Positions 25,163 through 38,442 of a stretch of 64,000 bases of DNA are shown in pieces. How positions within the stretch are numbered: position 1 is the first letter of the stretch; every line of letters starts with the position of its first letter. The notes beneath the pieces are model-generated. The model was given only the letters and a program-made list of their open reading frames with translations, made no database searches and was not told the DNA's origin. The stretch lies in the NCBI GenBank assembly GCA_043228905.1, contig JBHGNT010000013.1:9176001-9240000 (forward strand), written 5' to 3'. Origin of the DNA: Azolla caroliniana (lineage: Eukaryota > Plantae > Polypodiophyta). Position numbers and translations under genes: made by a program.

Positions 25163-25712
25163 TGTTTGGATTTTGGTCCCTCCGGATGGGATATGAGTAC
25201 CAGGTAGGGAAGACCCGGTGAGAACCGGATGACACAAGCCCGGTGAGAACCTCTCACCGGATGAAGGGACATAGATGTAAATATGTTTCTGTTAGCCCAT
25301 TGTGGCTATATTTGTAAATAACCCGAAAGTCATATTAGTATAAATATGACATAGGGCAAACACGATTGTGGTTGGTCATATATTTGGTGTAACTATTGTA
25401 CAGAGCGTAACAAAGAGAGAGAGAGAGAGAGAGAAGTGAACAGTCTCTGTTCTAACCGCGTGTTGGCAAAGATTGAGAGCACGAGGTCGTTGCCACTATG
25501 CTCCTCCTGTTGTATTCTTCTAGACATACTGATAGTTTGGAGCTAGTGGGCTCCCGTGGTTTTTACCGTTTAGGGTTTTCCACGTTAACATCCTATGTAC
25601 TCTCTCTTGCTCTATTGTTTGTGTGTATACGTGCATTTCTTCCTATTCCATCTTTCTGTGGTTGATTCTAAGACTCGGTTGTAGCCGAGCAATATTCCGC
25701 ATATTCCTGTCA
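25163..25712 (+). repeat. 3' LTR of Copia A
   Basis: Follows the PPT, starts TGTTTGGATT and ends CCTGTCA. Confidence 0.93.
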
Positions 25713-26201
25713 CGTTCGAGTAGTATGAACGAGAACGGCGACGGCAAGAGGTGGCCAGAAGAACTGCCGCGATCAATATTAGTGACGAAGAAAGACTTCG
25801 GAGCAGGCGCCGAATGAAGCCGGAACTGGGGGAAGCCAACCAAACAAAACTCCAGAGGACCAGTCAAAGAATGAAAACCTACACACCGGAAACCATCAGC
25901 AGGAGGAACCCAAACCAACAGAACCAGAACCGGAAGCCTCGAGACTAGTGGAACCGGAGAGACCAGAGCAACAGGAGCAGGAGGAGCCCAAACCAACAGA
26001 ACCAAAACCGAAAGCCTTGATACCAATGGAACCGGAGAGACCAGAGTAGCAGCAACAAGAGCAGCAACAACAAACGACGGAGCAGTTACCCGATGAGCAT
26101 TTAGAACCCTTGGACCAGAGCATTCTAGACATTTTGGAGGAAGATTGAAGGGTGAACCATGGGATTCGATGTACAAGGTACTGTCCCACGGGCATGCCAT
26201 G

Positions 26202-26539
26202 TGTTGACCGGCAAGGACTTAAAAGTCGGATAAAGTCCAGAATGGGAAAGGGATAATTATTTTAGAACCAGGAGTTGTTATCTATAATTATTATATTTTG
26301 AGAAGCGAACGGACGGACCTAGAATCGGTATGTCGATCCAGATCCAGACCGGTTCGTGGCCGGTTGCCAGTTGTCACTGGTTCGTAACCCAGAGCTGGTG
26401 ACCTATAAAAGGACCTGATTAGATTGTAATCAGATAGCGGTTTATTAATGAAAGTGGTGTTGTTCTACATCTTGTTTAATCTTTGAAGCTTTAGTTAATT
26501 ACCGTTCTATGATTAAAAGAATCTATCTTAAGGCTAACA
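26202..26539 (+). repeat. 3' LTR of element O (338 bp)
   Basis: TGTTGACCGG...GGCTAACA, TATA box CCTATAAAAGG at ~26402. Copia gag zinc-knuckle coding resumes right after. Confidence 0.75.
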
Positions 26540-27652
26540 CAGAATGCTAGTATTGTGGCAAGAAAGGCCACAAGGAGAGCAAGTGCTAGAAGAAGCACAC
26601 TGATTCGGACAAATCCAAATATGGCAAGGCCAAGCAAGGGAGCCGGCAAAGATCGCACTACGCTAAAGGATTGGAAGGATTCGGAACCAGAAAAACCGGA
26701 AAAGGGTCAGACTTCGTGATGAAGCACAAGGCAAACTCGATAAAGAAGAACACCTCACAATCGGATGAGGTGTGGTACATTGACTCTAGAGCGTCAAATC
26801 ATATGACGATCTATGAAGAATGGTTCACGTATCTTGAGAAACCGGAGCAACCGGGAGTGGTCGAAACCGGAGATGACACTCCGTACCCGATCGAACATGC
26901 TGGTGAAGTCCCTTAAGTCATGTCGGACAAAAGGGGAGATTGATGAATGTGTTGCACGTCTCGACAATAACAAAGAACCTAGTGTTGGTCGGCAAAATCG
27001 TCGACCAGGGAATGCAAGTTCGATTCACACATCTCGGGTGCTTCATCGAGGAAGAGGGCCAGATCATTGCGCAAGGGCACCAGGATGGGAGGATGTTCAT
27101 CCTCGACACCAACACCATTGGCACCGCACTATTTGCGAAGGGACAGAAAGTCAAGTCGGATATCGACTTATGGCACAAGAGGATTGATCACGTCAATTAT
27201 CAAAGGCTTCAGGATCTACGGTCGAAACAAGTAGTATTCGGCTTGCGGAAATTCAATGGCCGGAAGGCCCAAATTTGTGGAGCCTACCAGCTTGGGAAGC
27301 AACACCAACTTCCATTACCCAACGAGCGTAATCAAAGCCACAACAAGCTCGATTTGATACATTCGGATGTAGGGGGACAGGAACAGAATGTAATATTAGG
27401 TGGGAGTCGATACTTCGTCTTCTTCATCGACAACTATAGCCGACAGACATGGATCTACCTCATTGAGAAGAAAAGCGAAGTCTTCGACTATTTCCAGAAC
27501 TTACAAAGCTTAGTCAAAAGGGAAATAGAGAGGAAGATCACGTGCCTATGTTCGGATGGCAGAAAAGAATACTTTTCCGACCAGTTCAACTATTATCTTC
27601 AGCAAATGGGAATTCAAAGAGAATTCAGCTATAGATATATGCCGGAGCAGAA

Positions 27653-28188
27653 TGTTAGGAATTCGGTCCCTCCATATGGGATCTGGATGAGAACTGGAGG
27701 AGCTAGATTGGACAAGTCGGATGAAGGAACCGAATCCATAAGGGTTTCAGATGAGACCCGGAAACCAGATCAAGTGAATCCAGATGGATCCAGTGCAAAC
27801 CAGATCGAAGGACATATGTGTAAATATGTTTCATGGTTAGCCTATTGAGATTATATTTGTAAATAACCCAAATTCATATAAGTATAAATATGACTTAGGG
27901 CAATCACTTCATGATGGTTGGTGTGGGATGTATATATATATAGAGAGAGAGAGAGAACTAGTTTTCTGTTATAACCGCCGGTTTGGCAAAGACATAGAGC
28001 TCGAGGTCGTTGCCTCTGAGTCTCACATTGTATTCCTCCTCTCATAGTGATAGTTGGAGTCTGTGGGCTCTCGTGGTTTTTCCCATTTAGGATTTTCCAC
28101 GTTAACATTCTGTGTCATCTCTATTTTAGTTTATTTTGTTCTATTCCTTGTTGAAGACTCGGTTGTGGCTGAGTGTTATTTCCGCACA
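27653..28188 (+). mobile_element. Solo LTR of the Copia A/D family inserted in Copia E integrase
   Basis: TGTTAGGAATTCGGTCCCTCC...TCCGCACA, TSD CAGAA on both sides; host reads MPEQN|DVAENKN across it. Confidence 0.9.
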
Positions 28189-31100
28189 CAGAACGATGTA
28201 GCCGAAAACAAGAACCAGTCAATTGTGGAAACGGCACGAGAAATGCTGGAGGAGAAGAGCATGCCCAAGTTTTACTAAGCTGAAGCGGTTCGGACCGTGA
28301 TCTACATCCAAAACTGGATCAGGGAGAAGGTGTCAGCACACGAGTTGTATTTCGGATGGAAGCCGAACTTAAGACACCTAAGGTTATTCGGGAGTATTGA
28401 GTACGTGCATATGCCGAATGACAAGCAGAAGAAGTTGGACGAGAAGTCGAAGAAGTGTATCCTAGTCGGCTACTCACATGAACAAAAGGGGTATAAGTGC
28501 TATAACTCATGAACCAAGCAAGTTTGAGTCCGAGTTGGCATCCTGGTATGCTCTTCCAACTCCAACCCCCGATAACTCCAACCTCTTGATCATTGAGGAT
28601 GAGGCCAGTGAGCCCGACATGATTTGGGAAGAAGGAGAAGCAGAAGACATTGGCACTCTGGAGGAGAGTCTAATCTCATTCCGACTGAGTGGGTTGAATG
28701 AGAGATTGAGCCAGATTGACTAGTCAGATGATGAGTCGGTGAGTAGTAGAGACTCAGTCGTGCTCTCCCTCCACAAGGAACCGAGGAGACGGTTCATGCG
28801 GAAGGAAAAAGGGAAGAAGAAGATGTCGTAATACAACACTGACAAGGAAGAGTTACATCAGAGCGAGTCTGACATCGGAAAGAATGAAGACGAACCTTCG
28901 GAAACAAAGTCCGAGTCGGCCAAGAGAATCGGCGAATAAGAAGTTACGTCGATCTACCCGCCAGAAGAACCCCATGATGCGGTATGGGTATAATGAATAT
29001 ATGGCGCATCATTATGCATTCATGACAAAGGTGGCAGAAGTGCGTGAGCCGGAAAGCTATGCTGAAGCGGCAAAGGATGCAAATTGGCATGCCTCTATGG
29101 AGGAAGAAATGGGGGCACTCGATGCCAATGACACATGATACTTGGTTGACCCTCGACACTACAAACCGATCAGCTACAAATGGGTGTATAAGGTGAAATA
29201 CAATGCCGACATTTCAGTCAACCGGTACAAGGCCAAATTGGTGGCCAAAGGATATGCGCAGACCCACAGAATCGATTACGATGAGCCCTTTGCTCCTGTA
29301 GCGAAGACGTCGACGATTCGTGTGGTGCTAGCAATTGCAACGGCAAGAGGGTGACATCTTCACCAAATAGAAGTGAAGAATGTTTTTCTTCAAGGAGATC
29401 TTGAAGAACATGTGTACATGATCCAGGCACCCAAATTTCAGTCGGATATAATCAAGTCGGTGGTATGCCGACTCAAAAGTCGCTTTATGGCTTAAAGCAA
29501 GCCCCCTGTGCTTGGAATTAGAAGATCACACACCAGTTCCATAAGATGGGGTTTGTAGCCTCCAAGTCCAGCTCCTTGTTGTTCATCTAGAAGGATCTAG
29601 AGGGTCCAGTATGCATCCTACTATATGTCACCGGACCCGACCTTGCTGAAAACGGTTGAGTGAACTCCAAACTTTTGGGAGCATTTCAGATGAAGGACCT
29701 GGGGGACCTTCACTACGTCCTCGGGATCAAAGTGATTGACACCCCAACGGCATATTGTTGTCTTGACGACACTATGTTGAATATGTTGTTCAAGTTCGGC
29801 ATGACCTATTGCTGACCAGTCTCGACACCCCTTGACCGAAATCTGAAGTTACGTCCCGATTGCGGAACGGCCTATGATGAGAGACGGTTCTGAAAAATTG
29901 TCGAAAGCCTAATATACCTAACTATCACCCAACCGACCATCGAGCACCTTTAGTGCACGCATCAGCTACTACAATATGTGAGCGGCACTAAGGATCGGGG
30001 ATTGTTGTACCGACACAGTGTAGTCGAGCTCTTAATGAGCTATACTGATGTCGATTGGGCCAGTGATGCATCCAATCGCCAGTCAACATCCGGCTTTGTG
30101 TTCTCTCTTGGTAGCGTAGGTGTTGTGTGGAGCAGCAAGAAAGAGCCGACAATGCCTCTATCGAGCACTGAGGCTAAGTACCAAGGAGCTACTGTCGTGA
30201 CATGTGAAGCCATATGGCTTCAGCGGGTGCTGCAAGACCTTCGGATCAAAGTACCAACTCTGGTCCCGATCTACTATGAAAACATAAGTAGCATGAAGCT
30301 GGCCAAGAACCCCATGTTCCATGCTCGCACAAACCACATCGAGGTGCATTATCACTTTGTGCGCTAGCGGGTCTTGAGCGGTGAAGTCAAACTCCTGTAT
30401 GTTTGAACCAATCAGCAGGTTGCCAACATCTTCACCAAGCCACTCGGATCGAACAAGCTATAGCACTTTTCGGAGATGCTTGGGCTACAACATCTTGACG
30501 TGCCACACTTGAGGAGGAGAACAGGTACAGAAACGGGGAGAACAAGAAAAGGTACCGGAGAAGTAGTCAGTGAGAAGGAGAACGAAATAGGCGGGCAGTT
30601 GGGAAAAAGGAAGTTGAGTCGACTGAAGAAGTTGGCACATACGATAAAGTCGGAACAAGTTGCGGCAATGGCGGCAGAGTCAAGAAGGATAGAGCCGACC
30701 AGAAGATAAAGGCCAAGACCCGACCATTGTCTAATCTAGTGAAGGGCCTGAAGATTAAGGACGAATTGGAGACAATCAATTCGAACAAGAGCAGGAAAGA
30801 ATCGGAGGTGGCCGATTCGGTTGAACAATTCAATTCAGAGCCGAATCACTTAAAGGCCAAAGGGACGAGAAGATAGTGGAAGTCGACCCCAACACGGAGG
30901 AGCCAATGGGTCGAGAAGCATCGAAGTTACAACAGCGAAGGAGTTGACATGGGCCTTATGAGCAAACAAGCCGACCAAGAAGGTCGAGGTGCGCGGAACC
31001 GGATGGGTTGAGTGCTAGCAAGGCATGAGGATGCCAAAAGGAGCTGGAGAAAAGGATCGGCGGATGCTGACACAATGGACCAACCTCAAGTTGACCTTGA

Positions 31101-32722
31101 GGGGGAGTGTTGAGTGAGAAAGCTCAACGTGGGTAAGATCTACCGAACAAGCCGAAAGTCGAACCAAACAAAGACCGGATTGGAGAACCGGATTGGTATC
31201 CAGAACGGAGAGCCGAATCGATGTCCGAACCTGTGTGTAATGGGTAGGATGTAAGAGGCCCACCATCCTAGCCTAATAGATAGGCATATTTTTGGGAGTT
31301 TGTGTCATAGCTCAGTTATGACCATTGAAGCATTGAAGTACTTGTCAGTACTTCTATCATTCCTAGTATTGAGTATTATTTTGAAATAGATGTTTGTGTT
31401 CTGCTATCTCTCTCCCACATACTCTCTGTGTATTTTCAACCTTTCCATTAAACCTCCATTCTGTTCTGTCTCTATCTGTCATAGACATATGCCACACCAC
31501 GGTGGAAGGTAGGGATTGAAACCAAGACCTCTTGATCTCCATTGGTCAACCCTACCAACTAAGCTACATCCATCTATGCATGCTTGTATAAAATCCAACT
31601 TCATGTATGGTAGATTGAACATTGGAAGTTCCTAGCTTGCATGCATCCTCATACATTCTCTTTTCCTAACTTGCATACATGCATTCTCTATTCCTAGCTT
31701 GCTTACATGCATTCTCTATTCCTAGCTTGCATGCATCTTCATGCATTCTCTATTCCTAGCTAGCATACATACCCTCTTGTATAAATACTCAGGTGCACCT
31801 TGATTCTAATCAAGGTGAACAACACCAGTTACAGAATCATAAGTCAAGTTATTGTTCTTTTTCTCTCTCCTAGTTCTTCATTTCCTCTTGTTCCTACTCT
31901 ATTATACTCGTCCGTGACAGTTTGTTCACCTTCTCATATTGCTACCATGTCTGTATCCGTCGACAACCTAAACCAAGTAATGGCAGCCTTGCAACAACTT
32001 CAACTCGAAAATGAAATCCTTCAAGAATCATTACGGGAGCTTCAATCCGTCACATCAAGAAACCCACCACCCGTTGTCACGTAACTACGCGCGTGCGTGG
32101 AGAAACGAGGCAGGACCACCGGGGTCTTGAACCAAAGAGCAGGTGATAGAAGGGGAAAGAGAAAGAGAGAGACGCTCAGTTACGTAGGAGCAAAGAAACA
32201 CAGGGTCACGGCCCTGTCAACGCCGAAGACACGAATGGACACAGAGACAGAGAGACACGAATGTTTGTATATTAATGAATGACAAATAAACAACAGAGCA
32301 CGCGAGCGGTTACAACCGAACAGACCGGCGAATAGATGCCGATGCCTGCTCATCTGCGCACGAAAGGGGATAGGATGGAAGTGCTGCTGGAAGCACACAG
32401 GCATTCCTCGAAGCAGCGCGAGCCTCCCGAAAACCTGCAGAGAAGAGCGATGGAGAACGAACAGAGGAGAAGCATTTGGTTTCGGTCCCACAGCACTTCG
32501 TCCTCCTCAATAAAAATTAATGCCCTTGTCTCCCCGCGTCTCCCTCTCTTTTATAGCTTCAAGAGGGGAGCCGTTTCCCTCATTAACTTCCTACCTACCG
32601 AATCTAACTACCTAGGATATACCTTTGTACCCCGTTCTCTATTATATGCATTAAAGGGCGTGCACGCGTGAAGAGCCGGTTCACGCGCGCTATGCACCGA
32701 TTACGCTAAGGGACGGTTTTCT

Positions 32723-35700
32723 TCACGACATCCGCCCCCACCTAACCGCGCATCCACCGATATGCGCCAAAATTGGGTTCTGGTTGGAGAAAACCGGTCC
32801 GGGTTCCAGTTCCTCGTCCATCGGTTCGTCCTCCGTTTCGGACTGTCCGTAGTCGTTGTCCAGGCCTCTTAGATCCGGTTCGCTGTCGTGGCGCTTCTTA
32901 AACACTTTGATCCGCTTCCCTGCTACTGGTATCGCCATCCTCGTACCGTCGAGTTCCGCCAGGTGATACGTCCCATTGTCATTGGCGCTCGTTACCACGT
33001 AAGGCCCGAACCACCGCTTGGCAAACTTCTGTGTTGCCCGGTGCTGGTTGTCGAGGTTGGTGTCGTAGACTAGCACCTAGTCGCCTTCCTCAATTTTCTT
33101 TGGTCGGAGCCGGTGCGTTCGGTCGAACCGGGCTTTGTTCCTCATCCTCGTTGTCCGAAGTCTCTCCGCCGCTCGTTCCACATCCTCTAGCCTCTGCTCG
33201 AGTTGCCGTATACGCGCCGCTAGCAGTTCTTCCCGGCTCATCTCGTCTCTCCAGTCCACTGTCGCCCAAGAGGAGATCGTCCGCTCCATCGGCATGATCG
33301 GCTTCTGTCCGAACATGAGCTCTGACGACCTGAACCCGGTTACCGAACTGTGCGTTGTCCGGTCCGCCCACAAGGCATAAGGTAACAGTCGTGGCCAGTT
33401 CCCGACCTGGCCTCCGCATGCCCGGACTAGCACTTTGATGATCGGTCCGTGTCCGCGCTCCACCTTCCCGTTCGCCTCCGGATTGTACGCTGTGGTGAGC
33501 GAGAGCTTGACCCTTAACCGGTCGAACAGCTCCTCGGCTTCTTCGGCGTCCAACTCCCCGCGGTCAGCCACGATCTTCCCGACGCACCCGTACCGGCATA
33601 TCACGTCCTCGATCAGGAACCGACACACGGCCGCGGTCGTTTTGTTCTGCAGGGCTCGGCCTTCCACCTGGTTCGTCAGGTCCTCCCAGGCCAGCACCAG
33701 ATATCGCATCTGCCCTACGCCCATCGGCATCGTCACCAAATCTACCATCCATTTGAAGTGGATGGCCGGAGGGTATGTAGGGTGAAGCTCGTCCCGATGT
33801 CGGACTATGGAGTGTATCTGACAGCTCTCACAAGTTGTCACGAACCGATGCACGTCCCGGTACAGTCCCGGCCACCAGTACTTCCCCTTTAGTTTCTCGA
33901 ATGTGGCCCACGTCCCACGGTGTCCAACCCAGGGGCTGTCGTGGTAGGCCTTCAACAACTCCTCCTGTTCCTCCTCCATCGCCACTACTCGGAGCGGGAT
34001 GCCGTTTCTCTTCTTCGGGGGCTTCCACAAGTATCCCTCCCGGAGAAAGAATCGGTATGCTTTCTTCCGGATCCGGTTGGCCTCGTTCTTTGTCCATGAC
34101 GCGTCCGGCATCATCGTCCTTAAGAATCCCCCAATCTACAGCCAGTCCCCATCGTACTTGCTCTCGTTGAAATCGTTAAGGGCCGGAGTGCCCCCCGCCT
34201 CGGTTGTTACGTAAGCCACCTCGAAGAAGTCCACGCCGACTTCCTCATCCTCCGAAACCATGACGCCCTCGTCGTCGAGTCGCGCCCTCGAAAGCATGTC
34301 GGCCATGGCATTGTCTTTCCCGGAAATGTGTCGTATTTCCGGATCCAGGGACTTGATGTACGCTATCCACCTGAGCATCGCCAGGTCCGGGGTTGCGCAT
34401 CCGGAAACCATGCCAAGAATCGGCAGGCAGTCCGTCTCGATAATCACCTCTGTCCCGATCAGATAGTCTTTATCGGCCTTCACTGCCGAAACGATACCCC
34501 AGAGTTCGCGTTTAACATGGGCGTATCCTCGTTGTCGCTCGCTGAGGACCTTCGCGCCGAACCGGATTAAGAACCGAATGTCGTCCTCATCTTCTTGGTT
34601 GACGACCCATCCGATCCCGGTCGGACTTGTATCTACCGTTATGTAGATGGGAGTGCCTTTCTCGTAGACAGCCTTCCGGAGTGCCGGAGCTGCAGCAAGA
34701 GCCTCCTTCCTCTTTGGACCGACTCCGTATGCTCGTATCGCCACTCGAATTTTCGCCCCTTTTTCAGCAACCCGTATAGCGGCTCAGCAACGTGGGCGTA
34801 ATGCGGGATCCATATGTGGTAGAACGCGCATGCTCCCAAGAACCTCCGTACCTCTGTGACCGAGTTACAGTCGGGCTTCATTGCGGAGATGGCTTCCACC
34901 TTAGCCGGAGACGGTTTCCGGCCATACGGTCCGCATAGATGTCCGACGACCATGATCTCTGATTGCCCAAAGGCCGATTTCTCCCCGGAGAAGGTGAGCC
35001 TCGCGTCCTCTAGCCTCTGCAGCACCCTCTCGCAGTCGTCAATGTGTGTCGCCACGAATTTCCGGCATCCGTCCGGTCCGATCGTTTCGTCCTTTTCCTC
35101 CACCGGACATCCCTTGATCGGGATGTCGTCCAAGAATGGCATGGTGATGTCCAGGATACAATCCCTCAGCACCTTGTTCATCGCATTCACCATGTGGGCC
35201 ACCGAGTTCGTCCCTCCTTGTGGCAGGGTACACATCCGCACTAGGCCGAGAGGAGTCCGCATCGTCGTAATGTCTCTGCTCTCCACGGCTAGTTGGAACT
35301 AATCGTACCCTGAGTACAGATCACCGACCGAGTAGATCGACCTTCCGGCGAAGGCCTCCGCGAACTCGTCTATCGTTGGTCTGATTCCTGTGTTTCGAAT
35401 GGTCACTCTGTTGACCAGTTGCAGGTCTTGAATGAAGCGCAACGTCCCGTTCTTCTTCGGTACAGTAAACCACCGGTTCGAGTACGGGGCACTCGATGGT
35501 TCGAGGATGCCCATATCGACTTTCTGCCTCAACAGCTCCATCAGCTCCGGGATGTGAGCTCTCGGTACTGGAATTGGTTTGAGATTCCATGGCACATGCG
35601 GTACCGTGAATATCACCATCGGCTTCACGACTGTCGGTTATACGCACCCGATCTCTTCCGGTGAGAATGCGAAGGCTTTCCCGTGCCTTCCGAGCATTCT

Positions 35701-36309
35701 CCGAAACCGGTCTTCTTCCGCCGGCAGTAGGAACCCGCCCCCACCGATTTTGAGCTCCCGTAGCATTCTGTCGGTGAAGGTGAGTCCTGTGCAGGCCGGA
35801 TCTCGTAAACTGGGGTCCAACGCGACCCCCTTGATTCGCAACTCGCTGCCCTCCGGTAAGGGTGCCGCGACTGGCCTTACCTTCCGGTCCACAGTCTTGT
35901 ACTTCGTGTTAACCCGGGCCGTCTGATCCAACTCGAGCCCTCAACTAAAGTTCGCGATGACTTCGTACATTTCTTCTGAACAAACCGGTATCGTCTGGTC
36001 CTCTTTAAGGCCCTCTCCGACCACTTCTCGCAGTATTCCCAAGGTATCGTCGAAGGAGACTGCCTCCACGGCTCCGTTGATTTCCTCGTTGGGCCCAAGA
36101 ACTCCGCACGCCTGAAGTCGCTCTTCCGCCCTTGTCTTTTCTCGGCCAACGACGCCGACTATTGTACAGCCTCCGTTGTCAGAGAAACAAAACTTCCTAC
36201 TTATGGTACAAGGTTTCTTCGGTTTCGCCTCTATCGTACATTTGTGGGGTTTTCCCGGAGTGTCCGGACTATCGCGGCCCCACGCCTTGACAGCCCTCTC
36301 TAAAAATCC
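32723..36309 (-). pseudogene. Element H pol (RT-RH-IN) in the -1 frame relative to gag-pro
   Basis: 35941-36309, 35638-35931, 35299-35628 and 34639-35286 are co-frame. DLYSGY, FLDD, VDTS, HHCC/DDE motifs; further stops and one frameshift downstream. Confidence 0.88.
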
Positions 36310-38429
36310 TCTCGGTTCTCGCCATCGAGGGACTCGTGGTTCGGTCGCACTGTCAGGAACTGGACCGAATGACGCCCGTCCTGACTCTTGACCCTCGCGT
36401 AAGCCGACCCGTTGTCCAGCACCGTGGTCTCCATCCGTGCTGCCGTAATGTACGGTTCTCCCAGTATGACCAGGTGCGAGGACGTCTCTTGCACAAAGAA
36501 GTGTTGGTCTATCTCGACGTCGCCGATCTTGACTCGCACGTTTGGGCAGGCCTCGTGTAGTTCCTCGGTGGCACGCGTCGCCGCCCGTATCTTCCACCCG
36601 TGCTTGGTGTTGACCGGCCATTTCCCCTTCTTGTAGAAGTCCATGGACATCAGGCTTATTTCCGAACCATGGTCCACCAGCGCCACCACCGGCTCCTGAA
36701 CATCTCCGATCTTCACCGGGGTTTCCGTGGTCGCTCGGGCCCAATGTGGCCTCGAATAGTGGCTCTCCGCCCACTCGTCTTCCAGCGCCATGTCCTCTAT
36801 GTGCGTCGTCCACACCTCCACCGGCCTTTCCGGTTCTGTCTCCGTCGACAGCCTCTTCCTCTTCACCAAGTCTACGATGGAGTCGTGGAACTCCTTCTTG
36901 GCGATTCCGAGCAACCCCCGCAACGACAATTCCACCTTACTGTTGAGGATTCGTTCTTCCAGGACCTTTCGTAGGTCCGTGGTCCTTTCGATCTCCATGC
37001 CCAACCGGTATCCGCCCTTCTTGTGGTTATCATGGGCACTGGTCTCACCGGCCTCGTTCCGTTTCAGCCCGAATCGGGTTTCGTATCTTTGTGAGAGTCC
37101 GGCCCCTCCGGTTTTACCTACCCGTTTGTCTTCAACCAGAGCCTCGTAGTTCTGGCAAGCTGCTTCGACGAAACCCGTCTTTCCTTCGACCGGGTCACTC
37201 CACCCAGTTACCTCCTGGACCCACTTCTCCACGCGGTCCGCCTCGTCTTTCCTTAGTCGGGCACCGGCGAGGCCTTCCAGCATCGTCGGCCAGAACCCGG
37301 CTTTGCTCTCCTTCCGGGCCTCGCTGCCTCCGACCCAAATACCGGCTGACGCCGAGTAGTGGACGGTCTCCGCGTGCCGGGCCGCCGCCTCTTCCATCAG
37401 CCTTTTCATTCCTCCTCGCCCGTCGTTTCGGTTCAGGGCCCTCCAGGTATCGCTGGCGTGCACCCGACCTTCCCACAGGTACACTACCCGGCTTCTCAAA
37501 GCCTCCGCAAAGTCCCCGCAGTCTTTCCGGATGTGGCCGACCTCGTCGCACCACATGCACCTATTTCCTGTCGGAGGCCGTCGGTCACGAGCCTGTTCGC
37601 CGCCTTCCCTCCGAGCCTGGGCGATCTGGAGATCCTTTACCGCCCGTGTCAACTCCTCCAAAGCTGTTCCCCCGGACGAGCCTCTGACCATGCCGGTCAA
37701 AGCCGAAACGGTTTCGAGCCACTCCCGGGTCTCTTCCCTTCACGCCTGTGGTATCGGTTCGAGCTTCCTTGCTGCGACAGGACCCGCCCCGGTCGCCCCT
37801 GTATCAGCCCACTCCCACCGTTTGTCAAAACGGCCACAGACTCTTTTTACCGCGGCCCAATCGGCCGTCAGCCCGTCTTCAATTTCCAGTAAGGAGCCCA
37901 CTTGCTCCCGATCCCGTGCGTCAACCGATTTGACAAACAGTAGGACACGACTTGTGTCCAAAACGGTCCGATCGAGTGCAAAGCGTTCCTCAAACTCCCG
38001 GAGGAGTACCGACGCATTTCTTCCTTTGTTGGGGGACTCCACCCACTCCATGAAGCCCCGCTTCGAAAGCCGAAGCGCGTCGTCCAGCCCGTATTTCTCC
38101 AGGAGCCGTACTTCGAACTCCTCCCAGGTCCGGCTCTCCGCCCGGACCTCGAGCACCTCCGCATGGATGCCCGGCATCGCCACTCGAGGGAATCCGGCAA
38201 GACGCCACTCTTCCGGAATATCCCTCATCAACATCTCCGCCCGGTAGGACGCCAAATAACTCGTGGCATCCTTCCCACTGAACCGGCCGATCGTACCGAC
38301 GATTGCCTCAATAGCCCTGTCAAGGGTGCCGGTGCCCTCGCGCGCGCTCATTATCCGGTCCACGGCCGAAGCCATGGCCTCTGCAAGATCCAACCCCTTC
38401 ATCTTCTGCTCCTCTGCCACCTTGTTCAC
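36300..38429 (-). pseudogene. Element H gag-protease ORF (one in-frame TGA at 37740)
   Basis: 37740-38429 and 36300-37700 are in frame. CMWCDEVGHIRKDC knuckle, protease LVDHGSE. Ends ...REDF-TAG. Confidence 0.88.
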
Positions 38430-38442
38430 GTCAGGTTCACCA
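38425..38442 (-). promoter_or_regulatory. PBS of element H, tRNA-Trp-like
   Basis: Plus strand TTCACGTCAGGTTCACCA is 17/18 identical to my recollection of the plant tRNA-Trp 3' end (TTCACGTCGGGTTCACCA), 4 nt from the 5' LTR. Confidence 0.75.

Larger units (their letters stand above)
3599..25712 (+). mobile_element. Copia A: full-length but decayed Ty1/copia element (Tnt1/Tto1-like), host of elements B and C
   Basis: LTRs 3599-4161 and 25163-25712 (TG...CA). TSD AGTTC/CGTTC (4/5). Degenerate iMet PBS TCTAGTATTAGAG after 4161. PPT AAGGGGGAG at 25152-25160. Order gag(CFYCGKPG)-IN(LVHTDVC)-RT(LYVDNML)-RH(CDSQSAIHLAKN). Confidence 0.93.
783..26539 (+). mobile_element. Element O: 3' part of an Athila-like (OTA clade) Ty3/gypsy element, interrupted by Copia A (3599-25712)
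   Basis: Integrase tail SYQLGTLAGEVLDKWVNGFRLKPY (783-923) is homologous to element B. The extra ORF reads through the Copia A insertion (QLDTQL | ...RQEVARRTAAINISDEE vs B QLATQLELERYEQDWLRQEAKGRTTPITISEGE). 3' LTR at 26202-26539. Confidence 0.85.

Noticed and set aside
26540-28193. CAGAA flanking both element O and the solo LTR
   Set aside because: A 5-mer coincidence between unrelated elements; only one side of O is visible.
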